From an uncultured Acidobacteriota bacterium (GTDB lineage Bacteria > Acidobacteriota > UBA6911), in NCBI GenBank assembly GCA_963809485.1, contig CAWEJX010000021.1:1-64000 (forward strand): a DNA stretch of 64,000 bases, written 5' to 3'. The position numbers and the translations under genes are program-made. Position 1 is the stretch's first letter. Each line of letters begins with the position of its first letter. Below, one piece after another: positions 32,395 to 43,628 of this stretch. The notes under the pieces were generated by a model. The model was not told the DNA's origin and did no database searches. It saw only the letters and a list, made by a program, of their open reading frames with translations.

Positions 32395-35072
32395 AATCGC
32401 CGGTAACGGTCGAATCATTCTCGCTGCGAATGTATGCATTCTGCTGGCAAGCTGTCTGGCGTTTGCCTGGCGGGCGGCGGGTGAAGACAGTTTGTCGAAG
32501 GGCAGATCCGCTCTTCGAACCGGAAAGTACGCCGAAGCCGCGCAGTTCTTCGAATCGGCCCTGAAGGAGGGGCATAATCCCGAGCAAAGTCAATCGGGCC
32601 TGCTGCAGGTGCTGCGCATTACGGGGAACTATAAAGACGCCTTAAAGCGTTTAGGGGAATTTTTGCCGGCGAGTGCCGATTCGGCTCCTCTGCACCTCGA
32701 AGGAGGCCGGATCTATGGGGCGATCGGGGATTACGCCAAAGCCGAATCATTTCTGAAGAGGTCCTTGTCCCTTGCTTCAAATCAATCCGCGCTACGCATG
32801 GACGCCATGCGGACTCTCGCGGAACTGATCGAGGAATCCGGACGGAAAGACGAGGCGCGCGGGCTGTGGGACGGGCTGATCGCTGAATACCGCAAAGGAA
32901 AAGTTCAAGGGAGCCGATCCTCTGGGGAATGTTGCGGTTGCAGCATGGCGAAGAGGCTTTGTTTTCGATGCCAGAGACATATTCCTCGATGCAACGGATC
33001 CGAAACTTGGGGAAATTTCGCCGGAGGTGCTGGTTGATTTCGGCAATCTCTTTCTGGAAAAGTATAACGCCACGGAAGCTATGGTGTCGTTCAAGGATTG
33101 CCTCCAGATCAACGAATCCCACCCGGACGCGCTTGTCGGCATGGCCCGGGCTAAAAAATACACGAATGACTTCGAGGTTGAAGCGTATTCGAGAGCTGCG
33201 CTCAAGATCAATCCTAACCTGGTTGCTGCCCGAAACCTGCTGGCCGAGCTGGCCCTGGATGCGGAATACTACGGGGCCGCGCTCAATGAGATCAACGCCG
33301 CCCTGGATGTAAATCCCGCGGACCTGGAATCTCTCAGCCTGCTGGCCGTTTACCATTTCATTCTTGGAAACACCGCAGCGTTCGAAGCGACGGAGAAGAA
33401 GATACTGACTATCAATCCCGGGTACGGCGGGTTGTATCGCGTGCTCGCAGAAAGCCTGGTTTCGAAGACGAAATACCAGGAGGCCGTAAGTTTCAGCCGG
33501 AAAGCCATTGCTCTGGACCCCGAACTCTGGCCCGCTTACGTGAATCTGGGCATGAACCTCACGCGCATCGGAGATCTGGACGGGGGGCGAAAAGCAATGG
33601 AACAGGCCTTTGAGGGGGACCCGTTCAATGTCTGGGCGGCCAACTCCCTGGATCTGCTTGATCAGATGGATACGTTTGTGCAAAGCGAAAGCGATCATTT
33701 CCGCTACCGGATGGCCGGAGAAGATAACCCTGTTCTTACATCCTATGCTTCCAGGCTGGCTGAGGAGGCCTATGCAAAACTCACACGGCGGTATGAATTC
33801 CGCCCCCGGGAGCCGCTTTACGTCGAAATATTTCCCGATCACAAGGGATTTGCAGTCCGTACGCTCGGGCTGACAGGCCTGGAGGGGGCGCTGGGTGTCT
33901 GTTTTGGGAAGGTGATCGCCATGGATTCGCCCCGCGCGCGGGAAGCCGGGACATATAATTGGGGAACGACTCTCTGGCACGAATTCACCCATGTGATAAC
34001 ACTGCAGATGACCAACCACAACATTCCGCGCTGGTTCACTGAGGGTCTCTCGGTTTTCGAGGAGCGCAGAGCCCGGCCGGGGTGGGGAGACGGCATAGAT
34101 CTATCTTTTATAAAAGCCTACAAGGAAGGAAAGCTCCTGAAGGCGAGCGAACTGAGCCGGGGATTCACTCGCCCGGAAAATCCGGGACAGATTGCGCTCG
34201 CCTATTTGCAGTCGTCTCTTGCCTGCGAATGGATGGAGGAGAAATATGGCTTTGAAAGCATAAAACAGTCCCTCCGGCTTTTTGCAGAGAACAAGCCCGC
34301 CGAAGAAGTTTTTCTTCGCACTCTGGGGTTAAATGCCAATGCAATGGATGAGGGTTACGCACGGTATGTCGATTCACGCGTTAAGGAAATTGCATCCCGC
34401 ATCGATGTCGGGACCGGAAGCACCGGGGCTGTCGGGAAGGCAACCGGGAGCAGGGACAAGAGTTCTCTTGAGCAAAAGCTGAGGGATGCGCCCGATGATT
34501 TCTTCGCCAACCTTCATTTGGGAGCGCGGCTTCAAAATGAGGGGGAGTTCGAGGACGCGGAAGTTTATTTGAAGAAGGCCCAGAAGCTTTTCCCCCAGTA
34601 CGCGCAACGGGGTAATCCGTACCAGTTGTTGGTGCAAATGTACCTCGAGACGAAGAGGGAAAATGAAGCGCTGGATCAGCTCGATCAATGGATCCGCCTG
34701 GACGGCGGTTCGAGGGAGCCTCTCATCAAGGCGGCAGACATCTACGGCAAGCGGAAAGACTGGGCTTCCCTTGCCAGAGTGCTGGAACGCTCCATCTATA
34801 TTCATCCCTATGACATGAAGACGCAAAAAGAGCTGGGTGAAGCATTGCTCAAGATGGAGGATTGGGAGCCGGCAATCGCTGCATATCAAACGCTGGTCGC
34901 ACTCAATGCCACGGACCCGGCCGAAGCGCACCTGGATCTCGCCGCGGCCTTTTTCGCATCGGGCAACATGAAGGCGGCAAAGCAGGAGACCTTGCGGGCC
35001 CTCGAAATTGCGCCCTCCTATGGCAAAGCGCAAAGACTGCTTTTAAAGCTTAGTGGAGACGGGACCGAATGA
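32375..35072 (+). CDS. TPR-repeat protein with peptidase MA (HExxH) domain, read across one +1 frameshift near 32920
   Basis: Many TPRs; LWHEFTH...PRWFTEG. The two ORFs join if one base in cgatcctctgggg is removed. Confidence 0.8.
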
Positions 35073-35851
35073 TGAATGGCAGCGCGCCCCACAAGAGAAG
35101 TTCGTTCCTTTCCGTCCTGAAATTGGGCCTTCCGGTTGCTCTGTCCACAGCGTTTTTGCTTTATCTGGGAGCCCAGGAGAGACAGGAATCCCCGCTCGAT
35201 GAAAGCAAATTCACTTTCGGGCGCGTATTTTTTGAAAGCCGGTTGGGGCGCTCATTTTTCGGACGGATGGGCCGCGGCAGCGGTCCGCCGTGGAGTCACG
35301 ACTGGCCCCGGTCGGAAGAGCATTTCATGAAGATATTGGCGGAAGTGACAAGGGTGAATGTAAATCCTTCCGGTCACATTATTTCGTTCCAGAGTGACGA
35401 GTGTTTCAGGTTTCCGATCGCGTACTTATGTGAAGCGGGATTTATGGACTTGTCCGACGATGAAACGCGCAGGATGGCGGAGTATCTCCTGAGAGGAGGA
35501 TTCCTGATTGTGGACGACTTCCGGGGAGAGCGCGAATTGATGAATTTCCGCAGTCAGATGAAACGGGTTTTCCCCGATCGTTCTCTCGAGGAGGTGCCGC
35601 GCACACATCCGATCTGGACCTGCTTCTACGATATCTCCAATCTGGCGATCGAGCCGCCCTACTCCAGAGATCTCGTCCCGCAATATCTGGGCATAAGCGA
35701 CGACAATGGACGGCTGATGATGATAGTGGATTACAATAACGACATTTCCGAATACTGGGAGTGGTCGAACGATCCCATGATGCCCATCGATCAGTCGAAT
35801 GAAGCCTACAAATACGGGATTAATTATGTAATGTATGCTTTAACGCATTGA
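35069..35851 (+). CDS. DUF4159 domain protein
   Basis: WSHDWP, YLLRGGFLIVDDF, HPIW..FY, GRLM, NNDISEYWE, GINYVMYALTH. Confidence 0.85.
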   Translation: MMNGSAPHKRSSFLSVLKLGLPVALSTAFLLYLGAQERQESPLDESKFTFGRVFFESRLGRSFFGRMGRGSGPPWSHDWPRSEEHFMKILAEVTRVNVNPSGHIISFQSDECFRFPIAYLCEAGFMDLSDDETRRMAEYLLRGGFLIVDDFRGERELMNFRSQMKRVFPDRSLEEVPRTHPIWTCFYDISNLAIEPPYSRDLVPQYLGISDDNGRLMMIVDYNNDISEYWEWSNDPMMPIDQSNEAYKYGINYVMYALTH

Positions 35852-35921
35852 TGATTTTACGGATTGCAGACTGCAGGTTGCACCCTGCTTCCGTCACCGG
35901 AACTGAAAGGAATCGCACCCA

Positions 35922-36944
35922 ATGGAACAGCAGAACGTCGTTGACGACTCTCAATTAGTGGAAAGACTGAACGCCGGACATCGCGATATCTTGAGAGAAA
36001 TCCGGAAAGTCATCATTGCCCAGGATGACGTTATAGACCAGGTGATGATATCCCTGATGGTCGGGGCACATGCCATGATCACGGGAGTACCCGGCCTGGC
36101 AAAAACCCTTCTCATCAAAACTCTCGCGCAGGCTCTCGGCCTGAATTTCAAAAGGATCCAGTTCACCCCCGATCTGATGCCGGCCGATATTACCGGAACC
36201 GATATTATCCAGGAAGACGTTGCCACGGGAAAACGCGGGCTTGTGTTCGTAAAGGGGCCGGTTTTCACGAATATACTTCTTGCCGATGAAATCAACCGGA
36301 CACCGCCCAAAACGCAGGCCGCGCTTCTGGAAGCTATGGAGGAACTTCAGGTAACGATCCAGGGCGTCACTTATCCCATGGAGCGGCCATTTTTCGTGCT
36401 TGCCACGCAGAATCCGATCGAGTTGGAGGGAACCTACCCTCTTCCCGAGGCCCAGCTGGATCGTTTTATGTTCAATGTTGTGATCGAATACCTGAAGGAA
36501 GAAGATGAACACGAGGTAGTAACCACCACCACGACGCCGCAGGATATTCACCTGGAGCAGACGGTCACGGGACGCGACATTATCGAGTTCCAGAAACTGG
36601 TGCGCCGCGTCCCTGCGCCGGAATCTGTGTCACGTTACGCGGTGGCCCTTGTAAGGGCCAGCCGGCCAAGCCGGAACGGAAAACCGGATTTTGTCGGCGA
36701 ATATGTCAGCTGGGGGGCCAGCCCGAGGGCTGCGCAGTACCTTATGCTGGCCGGCAAGGCGCGAGCGCTTCTCCATGGCCGGTTTAACATGTCGATCGAG
36801 GACGTTCAGGCTCTGGCCTACCCCGTGATGCGGCACAGGATTCTGACCAATTTTCACGCCGAATCCGAGCGAATCACAACGGATGAAATTGTTCGCCGGC
36901 TTTTGGAAACGGTCCCCGTGCCGCAATCGGGATTAAAATCATGA
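35922..36944 (+). CDS. moxR: MoxR family AAA+ ATPase
   Basis: GVPGLAKT, RIQFTPDLMPAD, LADEINRTPPKTQAALLEAM, ATQNPIELEGTYPLPEAQLDRF. Confidence 0.95.
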   Translation: MEQQNVVDDSQLVERLNAGHRDILREIRKVIIAQDDVIDQVMISLMVGAHAMITGVPGLAKTLLIKTLAQALGLNFKRIQFTPDLMPADITGTDIIQEDVATGKRGLVFVKGPVFTNILLADEINRTPPKTQAALLEAMEELQVTIQGVTYPMERPFFVLATQNPIELEGTYPLPEAQLDRFMFNVVIEYLKEEDEHEVVTTTTTPQDIHLEQTVTGRDIIEFQKLVRRVPAPESVSRYAVALVRASRPSRNGKPDFVGEYVSWGASPRAAQYLMLAGKARALLHGRFNMSIEDVQALAYPVMRHRILTNFHAESERITTDEIVRRLLETVPVPQSGLKS

Positions 36945-37022
36945 TGAATTTCGCGCGAATGCGGGCGTCGGAGTTTTCGGTTTTCGTCATCCCCGATCCG
37001 TATTTCGCGTTGTGCAGAATAT

Positions 37023-37937
37023 ATGGCTGATTTTTCCGCCGCAATCCCGCAATCCACGCGGTTCATTGATCCTCATACGCTGACGCGTATCGCGTCGCTG
37101 GAACTGGTTGCCCGCATGGTCGTGGAAGGCTTTATCTCGGGTCTTCACAGATCTCCCCATCTTGGATTCAGCGTCAATTTTGCCGAGTACCGCACCTACC
37201 GCCCGGGCGACGACATCAGGAAAATCGACTGGAAAGTGTACGGGCGCACCGACCGGCTTTTTGTCAAGGAATATGAAGGGGAAACCAACACGTCGATTCA
37301 CCTGATCCTGGATTGCAGCCGGTCCATGGACTATCGGAACCAGGGGATCCGCAAGCTCGAGTATGGACAATTTCTGGCCGCATCTTTGGGCTATTTTGCC
37401 TTCAAACAGAGAGATGCCGTCGGCTTCATATCCTATGACAGCGACATCATCGACTATGTCCCGGCGCGGACCAGCATCGGCCATTTGAATACCGTGCTGC
37501 ACGCCATTGAGAGAGCCCGCCCCGGGGAAAGCACCGATTTCTATAAAACACTGGTGAATGTTTCGGACAGGCTTCGGCGGCGAGGTATCGTTGTCGTCAT
37601 CTCCGACCTTCTGGACGATCCCGGCAGGGTGATGAGCGGATTGAGGCACCTCGCCTGCCGGGGAAATGACGTGATTGTCCTCCAAATACTGGACCCGGCC
37701 GAAATTCAGTTTGATTTTTCCGATGCGGCCCGGTTCGTAGATATGGAAACTCGGGCGGAAATGCATGTCATCCCCGACTATCTGCGCCAGGAATATAGAA
37801 AAGTGCTTGCCGGCCAGATCTCGGAGTATGAGAAGGAATGCCGCAGGGATCGCATGGATTTTGCGCTCATCGAGACTTCCAGCCCGCTGGACAAGGCTTT
37901 GTTCAACTATCTGGCCCGGCGGGAACAACTATACTGA
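37023..37937 (+). CDS. DUF58 domain protein (MoxR-associated)
   Basis: GLHRSP..GFSVNFAEYRTYRPGDDIRKIDWK, LDCSRSM, VISD. Confidence 0.92.
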   Translation: MADFSAAIPQSTRFIDPHTLTRIASLELVARMVVEGFISGLHRSPHLGFSVNFAEYRTYRPGDDIRKIDWKVYGRTDRLFVKEYEGETNTSIHLILDCSRSMDYRNQGIRKLEYGQFLAASLGYFAFKQRDAVGFISYDSDIIDYVPARTSIGHLNTVLHAIERARPGESTDFYKTLVNVSDRLRRRGIVVVISDLLDDPGRVMSGLRHLACRGNDVIVLQILDPAEIQFDFSDAARFVDMETRAEMHVIPDYLRQEYRKVLAGQISEYEKECRRDRMDFALIETSSPLDKALFNYLARREQLY

Positions 37938-37959
37938 GGACATCTGTCGGTAGGACGGT

Positions 37960-40083
37960 ATGGCTTTTCTGAATCCATTCTTCCTTTTGGGCGGGTTGGC
38001 CGCAGCGGTGCCGATTCTGCTGCATCTGATAAGGCGGGAGCATGCCCGGAAAATCGAGTTCCCTACCCTGATGTTTCTTCGCAAGATCGATAAAAAAACC
38101 ATCCGGTACCAAAAACTGCGTCATCTGCTCCTGCTCCTATGCCGCATCCTGGCATTTCTGTGCATAGTTTTGGCGTTTATGCGCCCCTATCTCGAAAAGC
38201 CTCCCGCTTCCGCGGCCGTCGCGGGAGGAACCGCCGCAACGCACGTCCTGGTGCTGGACAACTCCATGAGCATGAGTTATCAGGATCGCTGGGACAGGGC
38301 CAAAAACGCCGCCGCGGACATTGTGCGGAAATCGGGCGCGTCGGATAAATTCGCCGTCCTCGAGTTTTCAGACAGAACCGAAATTCGAGCGGAACTAACC
38401 GGCGACCGTTCGACTGTTTTGAATGAGATCCGGAATGCTTTGGAGCCGGGCGACCAGCCGACACGATACGCGCAGGCGCTCAGAGTGGCGGAAGAAATCG
38501 CCCTGAGGGCCGGAACGGGAAAGCGCATCATTCACCTGATTTCCGATTTCCAGAAAAGCGCCTGGACCGACGAAGAACGTGAATTGCATCTCGGGGCCGG
38601 CGTAGACCTTCAATGCGTGGATCTCGGATCGGATGAATTCAGCAACCTGGCAATCCGGAATGTTCATGTCACCGGGGCGGACCAAACGGGTGCGTCAACC
38701 TTGCTTATCAAGGCTTCCGTAGTGGTGTTTGGAGACAGAGACCGCGAAAATGTCCGGGTTGGCTGCAAAGTGGATGGCCGCGCAATTTCGGAAAAATCCG
38801 TTCATGTCGCCGCAGGAAGCTCCGGGGAAATCGAGTTCCAGGTCCCGGGCCTCGGTCCGGGGGAGCATTCCGTGGTTCTGGAAGCCGAAGATTCCTATCT
38901 TGTAAGAGACAACCGTTTTTACATGACAATCGACATGCGGGGAAAGACACCCGTAGTCGTGGTCGAAAACCCGGAAACCCGCGGCCGGCGTTCGTCCGGC
39001 TTTTACCTGGCCAAAGCTTTGAACGTGGATCGTTTGTCCCTGTATCAGGTCAAAACCGTTTCGCCGCAGAAGCTGGATGTTCCCGGAAAGCTCCTCATCT
39101 GGAATGACGTCCCGGCGGGCGCCCCGGCCATTCGAAAGCGCCTCGAGGATTTTGTCCGGAGCGGCGGGGGAATGATCGTCGCACTTGGGGATGCAACAAA
39201 GCCTTCCGAATTTAATCTCGGATTCGGGGCCTGGCTCCCTGTCAGAATAAAGGAGACTTGGTCCGGGAAAAAACGATCGGGAGCAGGGCCGGCCGACGAT
39301 TTTGCGGTGATAACGTATGTAAAGACAGACCACCCGATCTTTCAACCTTTTGGCAAACCGCATTCGGGCAACTTCTCCAACGCAAGTTTTTATAGATACT
39401 CCCGAATCACCGCTGATTCCGGATCCGAGGTTTTGGCGCGCTTCGACAACGGCGACCCCGCTCTCGTTTCAACCGGTGTGGGAAAGGGGCGCGTCCTGAT
39501 TTTTGCCTCCTCGGCTGACGACACCGGCAACGACCTCCCCCTGCGGGCAGTGTACGCTCCCCTGTGGCAGCAGATGCTGCGCTATCTGGAAAGCTTTGAG
39601 GGACAACGCGACTGGCTGGAAATAGGGGATGTGATCGATCCGAGAAAGGTTTTGTCTGAAAAAGCATTTCGCCGGGGCGAGGAGGAGCCGAATCCCGGAG
39701 AAGCCATCGCCGTACTGGACCCTTCGAAGCAGCGTTTGGAACTGTCGTCCGGATCTGAAAGCCTGGTAACGGAAAAGGCCGGTTTTTATGAAATCCGCGC
39801 CATGGGAAAAAACGTCGCCGTGGCCGTCAATACAATGCCGGCGGAATCGGATTTGACGCATCACGGTGCGCGGGAAATGACGGCTGCGTGGAGTTCATAC
39901 ACGCGTGAAGTGTTCTCTGAAGCCGAACATCCCGGCGCCGAGGAACAGGGCAGAAACCAGCGAATCTGGGTTTTCCTTCTTTGGGCGGCTCTGCTATTTT
40001 TAATATCAGAGTTGCTTTTATCCAATGGAGCACCGAAGGCAGCGAGTGACGAAGTCCGGAAAGCGACGGCCTTGAATTCGTAA
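37960..40083 (+). CDS. BatA N-terminal / vWA domain membrane protein
   Basis: FLNP...PILLHL...FPTLMFL (BatA_N), LDNSMSM, LISDFQ, C-terminal TM. Confidence 0.88.
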   Translation: MAFLNPFFLLGGLAAAVPILLHLIRREHARKIEFPTLMFLRKIDKKTIRYQKLRHLLLLLCRILAFLCIVLAFMRPYLEKPPASAAVAGGTAATHVLVLDNSMSMSYQDRWDRAKNAAADIVRKSGASDKFAVLEFSDRTEIRAELTGDRSTVLNEIRNALEPGDQPTRYAQALRVAEEIALRAGTGKRIIHLISDFQKSAWTDEERELHLGAGVDLQCVDLGSDEFSNLAIRNVHVTGADQTGASTLLIKASVVVFGDRDRENVRVGCKVDGRAISEKSVHVAAGSSGEIEFQVPGLGPGEHSVVLEAEDSYLVRDNRFYMTIDMRGKTPVVVVENPETRGRRSSGFYLAKALNVDRLSLYQVKTVSPQKLDVPGKLLIWNDVPAGAPAIRKRLEDFVRSGGGMIVALGDATKPSEFNLGFGAWLPVRIKETWSGKKRSGAGPADDFAVITYVKTDHPIFQPFGKPHSGNFSNASFYRYSRITADSGSEVLARFDNGDPALVSTGVGKGRVLIFASSADDTGNDLPLRAVYAPLWQQMLRYLESFEGQRDWLEIGDVIDPRKVLSEKAFRRGEEEPNPGEAIAVLDPSKQRLELSSGSESLVTEKAGFYEIRAMGKNVAVAVNTMPAESDLTHHGAREMTAAWSSYTREVFSEAEHPGAEEQGRNQRIWVFLLWAALLFLISELLLSNGAPKAASDEVRKATALNS

Positions 40084-40096
40084 TTCGGAGCATCCC

Positions 40097-43000
40097 ATGA
40101 GTTCCTATGAGAGCCTTTTAGCCAGAGTCCGGCAGGTGCGGGCACGTTGGCGCGCTCAAGTCCTGGTTCGGGGAATCGCGATTTCCCTGGCCTTCACTGC
40201 CGCCATGCTCGTTCTGGGCGTCTGGGGTGCCGACCTCTTCGCGTTCAAACCGGCGGCCGTCTGGTTTTTTCGCTTCCTGACGGGCAGCACGATGCTTTGT
40301 ATCGCCTGGTACTTTCTTTACCTGCCGATGCGTGTGCGCGTCGACGACGTTGCCGTCGCCCAATTCATTGAAGAGAAATATCCCCAGCTGGAGGACCGGC
40401 TCGTTACTGCCATTGAGTATGGGAACCGGAAGACGCCGGACTCAGGCATGATCGATCTTCTCATCCGGGACGCGCTGAAACAGGTGTCGCGCGTCGATTT
40501 TTCGATATTCCTGAACCGGCAACGCCTGGCCGCTTTCGGAATTCTTGGTTTCGGGGCTGTCCTGATGCTTTTCGCTCTTTTGACCTGGGGCCCGTCCTTT
40601 TTCCCCCGGGGTTTCAGTAATCTGTACGCTCCCTGGACCGGCGCATCACACGGTTTTGCCATGGCGATAAGGGTTTTACCCGGGGATATTGAAATCGTCA
40701 GGGGGAGCGATCAGTTAATTGATGCGAAGCTGGTAGGCTTTGAGTCTGCGAATGCCCGTCTGTACCGGCAGGTTGCGGAAACCGATCCGTGGGATGCCAC
40801 AACCATGGAGACGGATCCGCGAGGCGGTTCTTTTCGATACCTCCTCGTCGATGTCCGGACCTCGCAGCGCTATTTTGTCGAATCAGAGGGAGTACGCTCT
40901 CAAGTCTACTCTCTGCGGGTTGTCGATCAAGCGGACGTGGAGAGAATCGATCTTACCTACAATTTCCCGGCCTATACAGGAATGTCCCCTCAGGTTGCCG
41001 AGGACGAGGGCGACATAAAGGCGTTGAAGGGAACCAGGCTGGATCTCAGAGTTCGCCTCAGCCGTCCGGTGCAATCCGCTCGCCTGCGGTTCAATGACCG
41101 GTCGACACTCGATCTCAGCCCAACCGGAGCCGGAAATTTTGCCGGAAGCTTCGTTCTTCAGCATTCCGGATCCTATGTGGTCCAGGTTACGGAATCCCGG
41201 ATCGGGGACCATGTGGCATCTCGGGAATATGACATCGAGACGGTTGAAGATGAAGCCCCCAAAGTTACCGTCACCCGGCCCATGAGAGACCTGCGCGCCA
41301 CCAGTGTGGAAGAGGTGTTCTCCGAGATGAGGGCGGAAGACGATATCGGGTTGGGCAAACTGGAGCTGCGCTTTTCGGTCAACGGCTCTCCTGAGGAGAT
41401 CGTCAGCCTTTATCGTGGAAAACCTCAGGAGCGGTCCGTTACCGCCTCTCATACATTTTTCCTCGAAGACCTCGGCCTGCAGCCGGGCGATTTGATTTCC
41501 TATTACGCAAAAGCCTGGGACCGCAATAACGTCACCGGGCCGGCAACTTCCAGTTCCGACATCTATTTCATTCAGATCCGTCCCTTCGAACAGAATTACA
41601 GCCAAAGCCAGCAGCAGCCCATGCCCGGGAGCGAAGGCGGCGAGCAACAGGAAGCACTCAGCCGGCAGCAGAAGGAAATCATCAGCGCGACCTTTAAACT
41701 GATCCGCGAAAAGAACCGGATGGAGTCAAAGGAATACCAGGACAGTCTGAAATCCCTGGCTCTTGTCCAAAGCCGCCTGCAGGCCCAGACACAGGGACTG
41801 GTGGACCGTCTCCAACGCCGCGAGGCCGCTCAGGCGGACTCTGAATTCGAGAAGCTTGGGGAGTATTTGAAAAACGCCGTCAAAGAGATGGAAAGGGCTG
41901 CGGCGGACCTGGGAGCGCAGAAGCCGGATAATGCCCTGCCTCCGGAGCAGAAATCGCTGCAGCAGCTTACGCGCGCAGAAAGCCTGTTCCGGGATATTCA
42001 GGTGTCCTTTTCCGCGCAGAGTTCCGGAGGCAGCGGTTCGCAGGACGGGGCGGAGGACCTGGCCGATCTGTTCGAGCTGGAATTGAACAAACTGAAGAAC
42101 CAGTATGAAACCGTACAGCGCGAAGAGCGGCAGGAGCGGGATCAGAAGGAGGATGAAGCCCTGCAGCGGCTCAAGGAATTGGCGCAACGCCAGCAGCAAA
42201 TAAACGAGAACAACCGGATGAGGGCGCAGCAAGGAGGATCTCCGTCCTCTTCCCGGGCGGGCAGCGCTCAGAGCCAGCAGCAGATCATGGAGCAGGCAGA
42301 GCAGCTTCGGAGGCAATTGCAGAGACTGTCGCGGGAGCGCAGTTCCCGCCAACTGGACGAAGCCGGCAAACGGATCCAGAAGGCGATAGAGGAAATGAAA
42401 GAGGCGCTCAAGGATTCCCAAAGCAGAAACGGGGCCGAACAGAGCGCGCGGGGGCAACGCGCGTTGCAGCAATTAAATGAAGCGGCCGGCAGGTTGGCTC
42501 AGGGAAAGCAAGCCGCAATCAAAGAAAGCCTGGACCGGGTAGCGGAAGAATCCGGAAAGCTGGTGAAACAACAGGAGAAGATACAGGAGGAACTGGATCG
42601 CCTTGCCCGGCAAATGCCTAAGCCCGAGTCTCCGGAAGAGGCCATTGAGCGCAGCGAGGATCTCGTATCCGGCAAAAATGAACTCAAAGAGCGGCTCGAC
42701 AGCCTTGAAAGCCGCATACGCGATCTTTCGAAACAGGCGCGAAAAACCGAGAAGCCGGCGAGCAGCGAGCTGGCAGAGGCCGCCGAAACGATCCGGGACA
42801 GAAGGCTATCCGATCGTATACAGGAAGGCAACCGGCTGATCCGGAATGGATTGTATGAAAGCCAGAAGCGGCGCGAGGACTTCATTCACGAAGGCCTGGA
42901 GGAAGTTCAACAAAAGCTGGAAGCAGCGAAGAGCCGCCTGGGGGAATCAGAGGAAGGAAAGATTGAGGAAGCCGTCAATCGGGTCAGGCAATTGTCCGAA

Positions 43001-43624
43001 GGCCTCCAGTCGATTCAAAGGCGCATGAGTGAAATGCAGCGCGGGAGGGGAAACCGTTCCGACATGCCGCAGCAGGCACAGCAGGGATCACAGCAGGGGG
43101 AGGGGCAGGGCCTCCGGCAGACTCCCTCCGGACAACAGGCACAGAACAGACAAGGCGCCCCGGCGGAACGGGGGCGTGATGCACAGGATCCGCAGGGCGG
43201 CGACGCCGATCCGGATGTGAGTATACGGGAACTCTCGGATAATGCTTCGGGCCCGCCTGCAGGAATCGGGCAACATCGAGACGATCCGGCCAGTCAGCTG
43301 ACTCGTGAGCTGGAACAGCGATTGACGGACGCCAGGGATCTGAGAGGACTGATGAACCGCAATCCGGCTCAAATGCAAAGCCTCGAAGAGGTCATCGACG
43401 CATTGAGGAGAAGCCGGAATGACCCCGATTACGGCAGTGCGGAACAGATCGCTCTCCTGAAGGCGGCAATTGATCAGCTGCGCACGGTTGAATCCGATCT
43501 GGCTCGAGACCTGGAACGCTTAAAGCAGATCGAAGAGTATTTCGTTGGGGGAAATGACGAAGCACCGGAAGCCTATCGGAAACTGGTGGAGGAATATTAC
43601 AGGTCCCTCGCAGAAACCAAATAG
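40097..43624 (+). CDS. Large membrane-anchored Ig-like/coiled-coil protein (DUF4175-like)
   Basis: Three N-terminal TMs, LEDRLVTA, PAYTG, AEDDIGL, LQPGD, Q-rich coiled coils, C-terminal YRKLVEEYYRSL. Confidence 0.8.
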   Translation: MSSYESLLARVRQVRARWRAQVLVRGIAISLAFTAAMLVLGVWGADLFAFKPAAVWFFRFLTGSTMLCIAWYFLYLPMRVRVDDVAVAQFIEEKYPQLEDRLVTAIEYGNRKTPDSGMIDLLIRDALKQVSRVDFSIFLNRQRLAAFGILGFGAVLMLFALLTWGPSFFPRGFSNLYAPWTGASHGFAMAIRVLPGDIEIVRGSDQLIDAKLVGFESANARLYRQVAETDPWDATTMETDPRGGSFRYLLVDVRTSQRYFVESEGVRSQVYSLRVVDQADVERIDLTYNFPAYTGMSPQVAEDEGDIKALKGTRLDLRVRLSRPVQSARLRFNDRSTLDLSPTGAGNFAGSFVLQHSGSYVVQVTESRIGDHVASREYDIETVEDEAPKVTVTRPMRDLRATSVEEVFSEMRAEDDIGLGKLELRFSVNGSPEEIVSLYRGKPQERSVTASHTFFLEDLGLQPGDLISYYAKAWDRNNVTGPATSSSDIYFIQIRPFEQNYSQSQQQPMPGSEGGEQQEALSRQQKEIISATFKLIREKNRMESKEYQDSLKSLALVQSRLQAQTQGLVDRLQRREAAQADSEFEKLGEYLKNAVKEMERAAADLGAQKPDNALPPEQKSLQQLTRAESLFRDIQVSFSAQSSGGSGSQDGAEDLADLFELELNKLKNQYETVQREERQERDQKEDEALQRLKELAQRQQQINENNRMRAQQGGSPSSSRAGSAQSQQQIMEQAEQLRRQLQRLSRERSSRQLDEAGKRIQKAIEEMKEALKDSQSRNGAEQSARGQRALQQLNEAAGRLAQGKQAAIKESLDRVAEESGKLVKQQEKIQEELDRLARQMPKPESPEEAIERSEDLVSGKNELKERLDSLESRIRDLSKQARKTEKPASSELAEAAETIRDRRLSDRIQEGNRLIRNGLYESQKRREDFIHEGLEEVQQKLEAAKSRLGESEEGKIEEAVNRVRQLSEGLQSIQRRMSEMQRGRGNRSDMPQQAQQGSQQGEGQGLRQTPSGQQAQNRQGAPAERGRDAQDPQGGDADPDVSIRELSDNASGPPAGIGQHRDDPASQLTRELEQRLTDARDLRGLMNRNPAQMQSLEEVIDALRRSRNDPDYGSAEQIALLKAAIDQLRTVESDLARDLERLKQIEEYFVGGNDEAPEAYRKLVEEYYRSLAETK

Positions 43625-43628
43625 GAAA

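Noticed and set aside
32375-35072. Two separate TPR genes
   Set aside because: Removing one base near 32920 gives a continuous TPR protein.
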